Source: Lingula anatina (taxonomy: Eukaryota; Animalia; Brachiopoda). From it: a DNA stretch of 64,000 nucleotides. Of this stretch, positions 37,710 to 48,872 are shown piece by piece. The stretch spans positions 5,588,954 to 5,652,953 of the forward strand of contig CM120644.1 of NCBI GenBank assembly GCA_051362555.1. Reading direction: 5' to 3'. The notes under the pieces are model-generated. The model was not told the origin of the DNA and did no database searches. It saw only the letters and a list, made by a program, of their open reading frames with translations. The position numbers and the translations under genes were made by a program. Every line of letters starts with the position of its first letter. Within the stretch, counting starts at the first letter, position 1.

Positions 37710-40700
37710 ACCTGTCCAACAACGGGTTGTTGTCACTTTACTTATCATTTTACATGGCTCCAACCACAGTTTTTCACCTACCTCTGCGCGACACCGTCGT
37801 TAGGGACTTCTTTCAAGTCCGTCAGTATACTAACTCCCCTTCCTCCTGACATGCATGCCTACAAACAGATGAGAAATGATATAATTTACCACAGGTTGCG
37901 TTCATATCAGGATTACATACACTGTAGACCGCACATTTACGCTCGCTTGTCACCAGCCTTTAAAATCCAACTTGTTTCATTTTAGTGTCATATATATGCA
38001 TATTACTAAATCTGATACACTACACTTCAATAAAACATGGAAATATGGTGTATCCAATCTTGTTAGGAAGCTGTTTTAATGAAATGATGAGTTGTGTCAG
38101 AGGTTATATTTAGTTAAGTTACGGATAACGTATGGCACTTCTACGCTTTTAATTTTTGCACTAACTCGTTTTCTGTAAATTTGAACTGTTCACTCGCAGC
38201 ACTTGTAAAAATTGCATTCCAATCACAACTTAAGTAAGAAAGTCTGACATTCATACCGGCTTGATAATCCACATCTCGCCTGCGGGAGTGGCGTCCCAAG
38301 CTCTCTTGAAAGCTTGCTTGTCATTGGGGAATTGGTAAGTCTTGGGAAAGAAGCCGTACTCTTCCTCGCCGTATTTCCTTTGCTGTCGCACCAGGCCCCA
38401 AGCCAGCATGTTCTTACACCCCAGATGCCAACTGGCAGGAATGTGATTGAACTACAATTAAATGCATATGTATTACAAAGACACCGGAATTTCCCCTTCT
38501 GAATCGTCTTTTGTACTTTTTTAACATTTGTACATTGTTTTAAAGTGGATAGCACATTTGGATATGGAAAGATACCCAGCATATATATTCCTGTATATGC
38601 AAAGAAATAAACAACAACGAGAAGCCTAGACAGAGTGTAAGTCGCACATGTGTCTAACATAAGATAATATAACATAAGTAAAAATGAATAAATTAATAAA
38701 TAAATAAATAACACGGAACTCTTACAGGCCTTCCCAACTACCAGACTCGGCACCTACGGGTCCAGTATAAACCGGTTTATCAGACCACACTACCCGTTTT
38801 CAAGGTGTGTGTCAGATCGCATTACATAGTATCAGCCACCACACCGATTTTGCCTGGTGCGCGATGTGATAGCAATGATCCTAAGCGGGGTTGGAAAGTA
38901 GTGCATCTCATCTAGATTCATGCGCTGCTGCAATTTTCTCTGTTTATGCTAAAATCTGACAGTAACGCAATTTTTAACATAAAATTTAGGTTCGGACATA
39001 GCCAATGATGTTTTGTAAATAAGAACTTGCAAACTTATATATTAATTTAGAAAAGTGGACCTAATTTTGATAGCGGAAGCATATTCTGTCGGGGGCTAAA
39101 TATTTTCATGACTACCGGGATGGACGAGATTGAGGGCAGGGGTAATCCTAGAGAGGGGTTAGAAACGTCCATTGTTCTCGTCAGCGAGGCTGTCCTTTTT
39201 CAGGGTTTGTACGCACGGACAGAAAACTTAAGTATTGTGGGAACGTTACTAATGAAGCCACTGGTAGTACTAGTAGATATCAGCCTGTAGTCTTGAACAA
39301 GCGCCTCGATGACGAGTGAACAGTTGTCAAAAACAAAAGACCCAGGTGTGGTAGTTCAACTACTGTTCATGCGTGCCGCAACGACCAAACCTAATTGCTC
39401 CTCAAGGTCACAAAACAATAACCGGTACTGACGGCTAGGCTCGTCTTAATCATATAAGTAGCGCGTTTCCACCCCCTGATTGAGGGAGTCGTCTGTTGTA
39501 TTCATACGACTTCTACTTGACGAAAACGAGGCGCGATACCCGGATGACAGGTAGGCTTACAGAATTTGTGATAGGGTATGATACTCTTTTATGCGATCTG
39601 ACACACACCTTGAAAACGGGTAGTGTGGTCAGATATACCGGTTTATTCTGGACCCGTAGGTGCCGAGTCTGGTAGTTGGGAAGGCCTGTCTTATATTTAA
39701 GGCCCTGCGTTCACATTTACCTTTGACTGTGGCCTGATGTGTTTGTTAAGTTGCGTGTCTTGGGGTTGAAATGGAACCCCAAAGTGCAGTATATAATTGT
39801 TGGTGTCTGAAACATAAACATTCATATACACGTAATTGAGGTAAATGTAATATCATTTTTCTAGTTCCAACACTATGGCGACCGTCTGTTACACCTCTTC
39901 CAAGTTGGTAAAAGTCTGTGGAGGTTATCATCAGGAGACAACCTTTTTTTATTCAAATTAATTAAAAGTCTGATTTTTTTTCGTCCTAAAACGTCTTTCA
40001 GAGCTGAGAAGGAAGCTGAGAAGGAAAAGAAATAATATATACATGTGGTTTGGAAAACCAAAAAGATTCAGTTCAAGTAAATTACACACTCAAGTAAATT
40101 TTTTGATAATTTCTACCGCAGCTATATTACTAAAACGTTGCTTCATAACAATCTATCGCATTGCGAGATAATGAGTATCAAGACGAGACATATCATCTGT
40201 CTCCTTACGATATCAGTCACACAAATATGATAACTGGTGTGCTATGGACACAAATCTTGGTATTCTTACCTAATGTGACGGAAAATCCTGAACGCAAAAC
40301 GTAACTTTCAACTATACCGTTCATGCCTTCCACATACTTCAATCGATTTTTTATTGCCGGTGGGAACTGTTCAACTAAATGGAAACAAATAAAGCATAAT
40401 CTCTAAAATAGTTTACGAAATTAATGCAATAATTTTGTAACCGACAAGAGGACCCTGTGGTAATTGTTTGTTTAAAACATGTAGCCCTACATGTATAAAC
40501 AAGTGATTAATGCATAGGGCTGTCTCTACTTATTTAAGTTTCTAATTCAATTCTTGTAATGACATTAGGAGAAAAAAATACCTTTTTGATCCGGTCTTAC
40601 AAAATTAATAGTCGGGGGTACGTTGGAAAACAAACTTGGTATCAGTGCAGGCTGAATGTCTTCATTGTCTTCGTTGTTGTTTACCGCGGTGACTTCTACA

Positions 40701-41367
40701 ACCCTAGGTTTGAAAGACGAGTCTCTGTGTTCACTGGGACTTTGGTCCATCGTAAGAGGTGTCTCCTCGCACGCGTTAACAGTGTCAGCGGCACGACACG
40801 GTCCTTGTCCGGGACACTCGCCGACAACCATGTCCGCTTGACCCGTCTCTGAGACCCTAGAACCGTCGTCTCTCGTCTGTGTGTGTTTCGAAATATCATC
40901 TGTGAATGTTGTGCCTACGAAGAAAATGCGAATAGGATACAAAAAAGCGTTGTTATGGTAAATATTTGAAAATTAGATGGACGGACAAGAAAACAACTCA
41001 AATGTGAGAGACTGTTTGCTCTACCTTCCCCAACCCACACAACCTCCCACAACAAGAAGTCGCTTCTACCCTTTTTGATTGAAAATAGAGCTATACCTGT
41101 CTTAAATTCTGGTTTTCCTCTTTCCTGTTTCTAAACTTCAATAATGTGTTAGTGATAACATTAAAACGTAAATAGTGAATGAAAACTTAATATGTACACG
41201 TATTATGAACAGTATAGTGCTGAGGTTTTACTCAAAGCCGTAAATAAAACTCTGAAACACACAGGGAAAGATATAGTCATTACTCTACCTGCATTTGCCA
41301 CCTCAATACACAAAATTAGGAGCATAACAATATAGGCTGAAAGTCCATCAGGATTCCGAGACATCAT
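31669..41367 (-). CDS. TTLL4: TTLL4-derived tubulin-tyrosine-ligase-family (ATP-grasp) ligase, copy 2, with predicted N-terminal signal peptide (609 aa, 14 exons)
   Basis: Exons (minus): 41367-41289, 40914-40582, 40374-40270, 39806-39721, 38451-38257, 37858-37782, 37237-37109, 36730-36626, 36197-36096, 35855-35721, 35403-35293, 32659-32551, 32232-32081, 31780-31669. Intron positions and phases are identical to copy 1, and exons 3-14 have identical lengths. The frame is open throughout and carries the same TTLL4 motifs ([66 protein letters not shown]). Confidence 0.9.
32902..33491. mobile_element. Two adjacent GGCGGATCC-family short elements (32902-33128, 33280-33491) in intron 11 of copy 2
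   Basis: CAGGG.CGGAT.. / ..ATCC.CCACTG termini and a shared core AACTATGA.TCAG.TAG/ATC/GAAA.T..TA.TTTCAAG, also seen at ~35020 and ~54472. Confidence 0.6.
33500..34130. repeat. Local direct duplication (~270 and ~230 bp, period ~390 bp)
   Basis: GGAAAGCTACTGAAT (33511, 33902), TTTCATTTTGTTTTACACTGAG, TTTTGACTTCACCTGTG and CATTTCAAA.GTCGACTGT each occur twice. Confidence 0.8.
36425..36598. mobile_element. Palindromic MITE-like element in intron 8 of copy 2
   Basis: GACTCTCGCTGAATGCAATAAGATTAACAGACT versus AGTCTGTTAATCTGATTGCTTTCAGCGAGAGTC (31/33 inverted match), with outer CACTAAC / GTTAGTG. Confidence 0.65.
38725..39688. mobile_element. 964-bp non-autonomous DNA transposon with ~110-bp TIRs and 5-bp TSD (TCTTA)
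   Basis: Left CAGGCCTTCCCAACTACCAGACTCGGCACCTACGGGTCCAG.. and right ..CTGGACCCGTAGGTGCCGAGTCTGGTAGTTGGGAAGGCCTG. TCTTA lies immediately on both sides (38720-38724, 39689-39693). It is absent from the homologous intron 4 of copy 1. Confidence 0.85.
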
Positions 41368-42544
41368 AACACAGCAATGGATGCCAGGTTTTCAAGTCAC
41401 GATAAGTATGTACATCAAACCTCTAGACGTATGTTCTTTGTGGGGCCTGCATGGATCTAATCTTGTACGCGATCACCATGTAATGCCTTTAATTTTGCAT
41501 ATCAGTAACATTTATGCTAATACACATTGGAGCAGACTATTATTACTGGAGGGAGTCATTCATGTCCGGCCGAACGCCAATTCAGCAATTTTACACCGCA
41601 TCCACAGCAAGTTAGGGAGGTGTAAAGTGCACGTGTACGTGGGGTATATGAGAGCGATTATGTATTATTTTAAAGTAAAAGTTTTATCCATAACTGCGGT
41701 AAGTTGATCATGGACTAAGGGCCATAGTGAACACACATTTCTGTCAAGGTGCCAACTAAACAGAGCAAAAGCTCGTGTGTGTGTGTGTGAGCCAGTGATA
41801 TTTTTATTGTGTTCGTGTTCGTGTGCGTGTGATTGGGTTTTTCTACAATATTACAGGATTTTCCTTATTCATAAGACGGTTGAATGTCCATAGGACGGCT
41901 AAAATAAAGGTGTTAGTTTCCTTGGCGCATTCTTTTTTGCTTGATAGCTAATAATAACTCAACTTGAATTATAAATACGGCTTCAGTCTACCGGTATTAG
42001 CATAGCTGTTTAAACGTACACAGTGATATAACACGTATCTTTGATAAAGTGAAGAGAATTGAAGAAGAGACTAGACTGAACAATTTTGTGAGAGGCTATA
42101 CTAGCAACACCTGAGGTACGTCTATGGTTTATTGTAGTGCTTATACGCTAAGCATGAGACTCACAAAGAGATGACTTAATAAACCGTCAACTGTGTTGAA
42201 TAAACTTTCAATTATCTATTGTGATGTGGACTTTATTAATTATAATTATGTAATTTTACTACAGGCAATTTGCAAATGAATTCTTCACGTAATACACTTC
42301 GTTATCTCCTGATGAAAAATCAGGACATTAATTACTAGGTGTGTACCTGAACTGGAAACAGGATTTCCTGCTATGACTCTAACTGACCCAATTTTGCAAA
42401 TGATGTTCCCATGTCATGAGTGCTAACACCTTTCGACGCCATTTAAAATTTGTGTAGTATTTATCCTATTTTTCTGCTGTTCGTGGCCCTAATAGCTGTT
42501 TTTTTTTTCTTTTTATTATATTCTTTTAGAGCATTTAAAACATT

Positions 42545-42970
42545 TAGGATTTCAGGTCTTTCCTCTGACTTGTGTTGATAGCGTTGCATCCAGTGAAGGA
42601 GTAGAAGATTGTAATATCTGAAAGATATTTAATTAAGAGATGAAACACATAAAAATGAAAATAAAAGATGATTACGTATTTTGTATTCAAATAAGGTGAA
42701 AAGAGTGTCTCTTCATTTTCTTATTAGACTTTTGAAATGTCGGTCTTTCGGTTTAAAAAAAAATAAAAAAAAATAAAAACTATACCTAATCTTTCATTTC
42801 AATTTTCTAATTTGAAGTATCCAAAACCAGAAGATGTTTGCGTTAAAAACACAAAAATATACCCCATCTTTCATCGCAATGATTTTCTTGTTTTCATATT
42901 CCTTCATCAGTCTGAGGTGGTGTCCACAGTCTTGGGTCTATAACAAGGTGTTTGGGTATCGTTTCCTCGC
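42545..42970 (-). pseudogene. Remnant of a third TTLL4-like copy (exon 12 and exon 14 homologs only)
   Basis: 42970-42862 reads SEETIPKHLVIDPRLWTPPQTDEGI* (stop/frameshift versus [27 protein letters not shown]). 42617-42550 reads YYNLLLLHWMQRYQHKSEE followed by a deletion. The exon 13 homolog is missing between them, and no upstream exons were found. Confidence 0.85.
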
Positions 42971-43505
42971 TAAAACAGAGGTTGATTATAATAATAAAAA
43001 AGTAAAAAAAAAAACGATTAGCACGTGGACGCAGACGGCTCAGAGGCACACTTTCATATTGAGAGGTCGGAACAATTGAACTCACTAGAACTATTCAGCA
43101 AAATATCAGCAAAACAACATTTGGTTGAACAAAAATCAGGAAAAAGGAAATGTAAAAACAGAAACTAACCAACTTTAAATTATGCTAGGAATGGTAGTCT
43201 GCTAGGAACCTTAGTCCGTTTCATTTTATTTTTTTCCAGGTACAGCTCCCATCTGCCCCAGTAGTAGCCCCGATACTGCCGGCTAAGCGTTAATTTTTAT
43301 ATACAAAAAAATAAATATTTATTCTTTGACCCCCTTTCCCTTAGCAAAATCCCGGGCCTACTGGTTATAATGAGGTTTTGGACTGGGCACTGGGAGTATG
43401 GCACTGGGAGATTGCGTTAGTTGAGTCTGGATCACAATCTGTCACATTGAGCGTCTACAGCTGAGCTCAACAGAACAGAGCTCAAACCAAGCCTACTGTC
43501 AGCAC

Positions 43506-43506
<1 letters not shown>

Positions 43507-43552
<46 letters not shown>

Positions 43553-43580
43553 CGCGCGCGCGCGCGCGTATGTGTGTGTG
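43507..43580. repeat. Compound (TG)n(CG)~12(TG)n alternating purine-pyrimidine tract
   Basis: Seen directly. Confidence 0.9.
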
Positions 43581-44177
43581 GGGGGGTGAGTGTCCGTGTG
43601 TGAAGCAAATAACCTTCACACGAAGGTTGCAACCTGTTCTTTTGGCAGATAGTGCATATTACATATTCTGAGTCAATCTCATCAATTATCTATATAACTT
43701 TTCATGAATTAAGGTACCTGCATCTGTATAAATGATACAAATACTAGTGGCAATTTCTATCCACAGCGAGTATACGTAACTCTGTCTAATGAAACTGGAG
43801 CCAAACACGTTACTGTTTACTATCACACAGACAAAGAGATAGCAAGGCACAGTAGAAATCGTGATATTTAATTTAGGTAATGTTACTAAAAGCAATACGA
43901 ATAATCGAGTTGAATACAATTGCTGTGTGTATGTTTCTGTTATATTTGAACAAGGAGGTGACGTAGGATGCCAGGTTTTTGTACGTGTGTAAAATATTTA
44001 TGATAAAGACAGGTAATTGGGAATAAATTTAAGAACCACAGCGAACTAAAGGGGCAAAGATAGGGACTTTTGTTGACGTGATAATTATAGGAGCGAACAT
44101 TGTGATACATCATTTCCATCTGTTTACTGGTCTATAGTCTCCCTTGATTTTCAACTGTCTTCACTGTCGTCTCGCCA

Positions 44178-44223
<46 letters not shown>

Positions 44224-44295
44224 CTTGTAAGGAAATAATATGAAATAAATAGGAATAAACCAAAGGGACTTATATACATATAAGAATTAGCAGCT

Positions 44296-44342
<47 letters not shown>

Positions 44343-44869
44343 GCAGCAACTGACATAATATGCAAATTGTGAAAAGACAACCACGGTTAATTAACGTCTA
44401 TCTCAGCGATAGCTGTCCAGAACGTTATTCCCATCCGACCACACACCCAAGAGATATAAAGCTTTAAGGTCATCTTTATCTCAATCAACAAAATAAAGAA
44501 ATTGATTAAAAGCGTTAAGCCGTGTCACTTCTCAAGTAAGCTTATGTACACCTGTTTACTTAACAAAATGAAGTTTTGATCCGCCCCTCTTAAGAAGAAT
44601 TCTTTCGCTCCTAATTCCCATAGCTTAAGATCTTAAAGCGTCCCTCGCACTTGTACGTTTTCAGGATCGATTGCTTTTTTCTTTGTGCTCTGGTGACAGT
44701 TTTTTAATCAGTATCAATGTTAGGCGATGTGGTAGCGAAGCAACGGAGTCTGTGTTTTCTGCTGTTTTGTTCTGCCGCATGGAAATGAATGGAACACACC
44801 GACCGCATGATGATATTATCATGACTGCGGCTCTTAACAACTTGTTAATGTTTGCTAAGTAAGAGACGG

Positions 44870-44875
44870 TGTGCT

Positions 44876-44970
<95 letters not shown>

Positions 44971-44975
44971 GAGAG
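44870..44975. repeat. Compound (TG)n(AG)n microsatellite (similar ones at 46599-46658, 5078-5160, 6328-6388)
   Basis: Seen directly. Confidence 0.9.
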
Positions 44976-46000
44976 GGAGGGGGAAGGATGGGGGGTGGGA
45001 AGGACATGCGTTAAAAAAAGAAGCACTAGAGAATCGTGGGTTTTGGAATCCAGGTAAAGAGGAATCGTTTATGTCAGCGACTACAGTATGCCCGTGGATT
45101 CAATGATCAACGAGAAGAGATAACCCCCGTTTTCTCACCCCAATCTTATACTGTACACATGCTAATCTGTTTACTACTCAAACCCAAACATAGAATGGTG
45201 AAGATGGGGACGAAGAAAAGGGGGGGTGGGGGGTCGATGTTGAGCGGTGTATAGGGGAAAGGGGGTGGGTTGGCATCAATAGACCTAGCAATGACATCGA
45301 ATCCTTAACAATTACTGCACTTCCTTAATCTATACCAGCAAGGATATATAGACCTGTGTAGAAAATCGAATGTGTCTCTAATGCAAAATGACCAGAAATA
45401 AAGAGCTAGACTAGTTATTGTTTAGAGAATCGATATGCTAAGAGCGATTTTGTAGCTGCCATTTAAGATGAAATATTTGTTTTGGGTTGATCTGAGATAA
45501 TTTTGGGGAGAAGACAAGGCGGAGGATAACTTCCTGTTCCAGTGCACTACGCCCACTGCTTTAACAAATATAGCCTTCAATCTTTCCAGGCTTTCGTTGG
45601 ATACTATGCTACATGAATGTATAGGTATAAATGAATATGCATTTTAAGATTGTTTACATGGGAAGCGCTTTTACTTGATGTTCAACATGAGTATTTTAAA
45701 TAATAAAGAGGATAATAATTTAAAATATGTTCAGTTTCATTTTCACTCTTTATATGTAAGAGTAGTACAACATCGTTACACCTTAAACTGAAAATAGGAA
45801 ATAGTATAAGAAACAATAGCTCGCGATGAAAAACAGGCACCTAATCAAAATCGCATTCAATAAAACAAAAGAAAGTGCGCAATCCTTTATTAAAGTTTGC
45901 ATGCGTCCGTCTCTCCCCAGTAAAAGAGGAACGCTCACATCTGGGAGTGCGAGTCAGTTAATGATACGCAGTGAGTTGTGGAACTTCCACAGTTGACTTT

Positions 46001-46074
46001 ATTGCTATGGAAACGAAGACAACAGGCGGAAAGAGCTGACATTTCGCGTTTTTATTCTGAAACCAAGATGGCGG
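46001..46074 (+). promoter_or_regulatory. Putative promoter: RFX X-box-like motif (ATTGCTATGGAAAC, 46001-46014) and YY1-type CAAGATGGCGG overlapping the proposed start codon
   Basis: Motif matches seen directly (X-box 13/14 to GTHNYYATRRNAAC on the reverse strand). Function is inferred. Confidence 0.45.
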
Positions 46075-46100
46075 AGGCAGAGTTGTGGGCTCTCTATTCG
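46068..46100 (+). CDS. Candidate first coding exon (MAEAELWALYS) of the coiled-coil protein gene
   Basis: Good Kozak context (CAAGATGG), 11 codons, then a GTGAGT donor in phase 0. This matches the phase-0 acceptor at 50712 and gives MAEAELWALYS|THPQEMNG... Intervening exons cannot be excluded. Confidence 0.5.
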
Positions 46101-46596
46101 GTGAGTGACGGGGGATGTATTTAACACGGCAATGAATGTTACCATCATTAGCTACATGCATGGTGTGTTATTGGGTCGGTGTTCTCAGGATAACTGACAT
46201 TACTCGTATTGCTCGGTACTGTGAAGTTGTCACTGGTCCATAGTTTTGTTCATATTGGGTTCGAGTAATTGGAGAAAAAAAATATAAACGAGAGAGAGAG
46301 AGAGAGAGAGAGAGGAGTCTGTCAAGGCTGTGAGCTGAGAAAAATTGTTCGGGAACAGCTGTTGCAATATACATGCCCTTGATGTACATGTACATCATCA
46401 TGGGATCAGGTGATATGTGCTACAGGCACATGTGGCCACAACTAGACGTCAAGACAAAGTAAGAGACATATATAGGATGGGCTAAAAGATTGGTGAGGGA
46501 TAACACTTCACAAATACCCCCAAGTTATTATTCGATAACCCCCCTTCACTTCCCACCGCAGCCTGCAGTCTTCGGAGTCTAGAAGTGTGTGCGTGT

Positions 46597-46661
<65 letters not shown>

Positions 46662-47523
46662 TGGCCAACTGAGGATAGGTGGATAACTAAAGGGAAGTGC
46701 ATAAATAGATGAAATTGAAATACAAAAATGCTTCATAGAACGTTAAATGAAAACTGTCCATATGATGTATCACAATATAATTATTACTGTTATTATTTCG
46801 ACGAAAATCCCTGTCTTTGCCCCTCCCGTTCCACTGACTGTATGCTGTGGTTCTATACTGAATTCCCCATTACTTGTCTTAATCATATTTTACACACGTA
46901 CGAAAATCTGGCAACTTACATCACCCGCTTTTACAGATATAAAAGAACCATACACACAGCAATTGTATTCGAAACGTTTATTCTTATCGCATTTAAGTAA
47001 TATTATCTAAATTAAATATCACGATTTCTATTGCGGTTTGTTTGCTTGCTATCTCTGTGTCTGTGTGACAGTGCGCTATTACGTGTTTGTCTCCGGTTAT
47101 ATTGGACAGAGTTACGTTTACTTACTGTGGTACTTGATTTCGATACAAATTACCACTAGTATTTGTATCATTTACACAGGTAAGACACCTTAATTGAGTG
47201 CGCAAAGAGAGGCACGTCATTTATTGGATTAGAAAAAATGATGAGGTTGACTCTAAGTGTATGTTATATATACACTATCTGCGTAAGAGCAGGTTGCATC
47301 ATTTATGTGAAGGTTGGGCCCATTTGTGTCAGATGCACTCCGTCAAATTTGAGATTGATTTGAGATTTACACTTTCACTCTCCCTCGACTTTCTCTCTCT
47401 TTTTCATTGTGTTTATAAAATCCGTACACATGCATATATAGGTATACGTACCTGTATAAGCACGCTGATTTAGTCAATAACATTTAGCCTCATTACACAC
47501 CAAACTAATTACACAGTCAGTCA

Positions 47524-47569
<46 letters not shown>

Positions 47570-47921
47570 TACTGCGTTTCTTACTAATAATATAAACATG
47601 CACGAATGATATCTTGGGATAATATCATATCTAGCATTTTGATAATTCCACGTTTTTGTGATAGTCGTATTTAAGTTACCCTAGGTTCTAGATTCCGGTA
47701 TTGTCAGCTCGATCTTGATTTCATATATAACCCATATCAACAAAAGCGACTCCATCACAAGGTATATTTAAGCTAGTTAGCTTTAACGTTGCTCTGACAC
47801 TCAGGGTAATTTAGGTCAATTCATTGGTATTTTGACCACGGGTAGACATAACGCCCCATTTTTAAACACTCACGCACACTCACACAGGTACACGAGAACA
47901 AATTTGCACACAAACACATTA

Positions 47922-47952
<31 letters not shown>

Positions 47953-48814
47953 ATTTTAGAAAAAATATACACAGGAGCATTCAGCAAGTGTTGCTACATA
48001 CATTAACTATACACCTCTATTAAGTATTTGACTCTCTACCCGAGGCCAGCTTGGTACGTTATTTCTGTGCTAAATTATCATCAGATTACGGAAACGCGCA
48101 CAGAATCAACCGAGAATTATTCGTGAATATCTGGTGACGAAACTTGTGGTCCTGGTAGACCATGACCCTAGTACATGTACCTCATGTGATCATTAGACTA
48201 CCATTAAAACAACAAATAATGCAATCTATTCCAATTATTGAGACGGCCGTTGAACTCAATTAATATCGTATTTGACATGTTTGCAGTAACGGTGCATATA
48301 TATTTTAGTCAAAAACATATTGAGTAGCCTGCATAATGAACCTTTTGTTGAACTCAAAGGTGAAAGTATCGGCATTTATCCCAAAATAGTAATCTATAGT
48401 ATATACTTATATATTATGCATGATTTGGAAATACGTTTTAATAGCTCTGTTATAAGCTACTAAATTTGGCTGCATCAGATTTACCAGTACGCTATTACAG
48501 TATTTCGAAGGTGATATGAACGGGGTTTGCAGTAAGTCTGCGGTTGGTTATACAGAAAAGCTGGATAGCTTGATAGTCACTTTAAAATTGTTTTTGTTTG
48601 TCAGAGAAATTATTTTCTTAAGGTGGCCTTCGACTAAAAATCTATCAGTTTGTCGAAGTGTTCATCGTAAGTTCTTTCATAGGTTTGATCGCATCTATTT
48701 TGACTCGTGTTTATATACGGTATTAGTTAAAGGACTGTAATCAATAAATGTGTTTATGCCTGAAACATCGCCTATAAACAGAACAAGCTCGGCGTGCAGC
48801 TTGCTGAAGATAAT

Positions 48815-48872
<58 letters not shown>

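Noticed and set aside
38223-38753. 176-aa minus-strand ORF
   Set aside because: It spans intron and TE sequence and overlaps TTLL exon 5 in the wrong frame.
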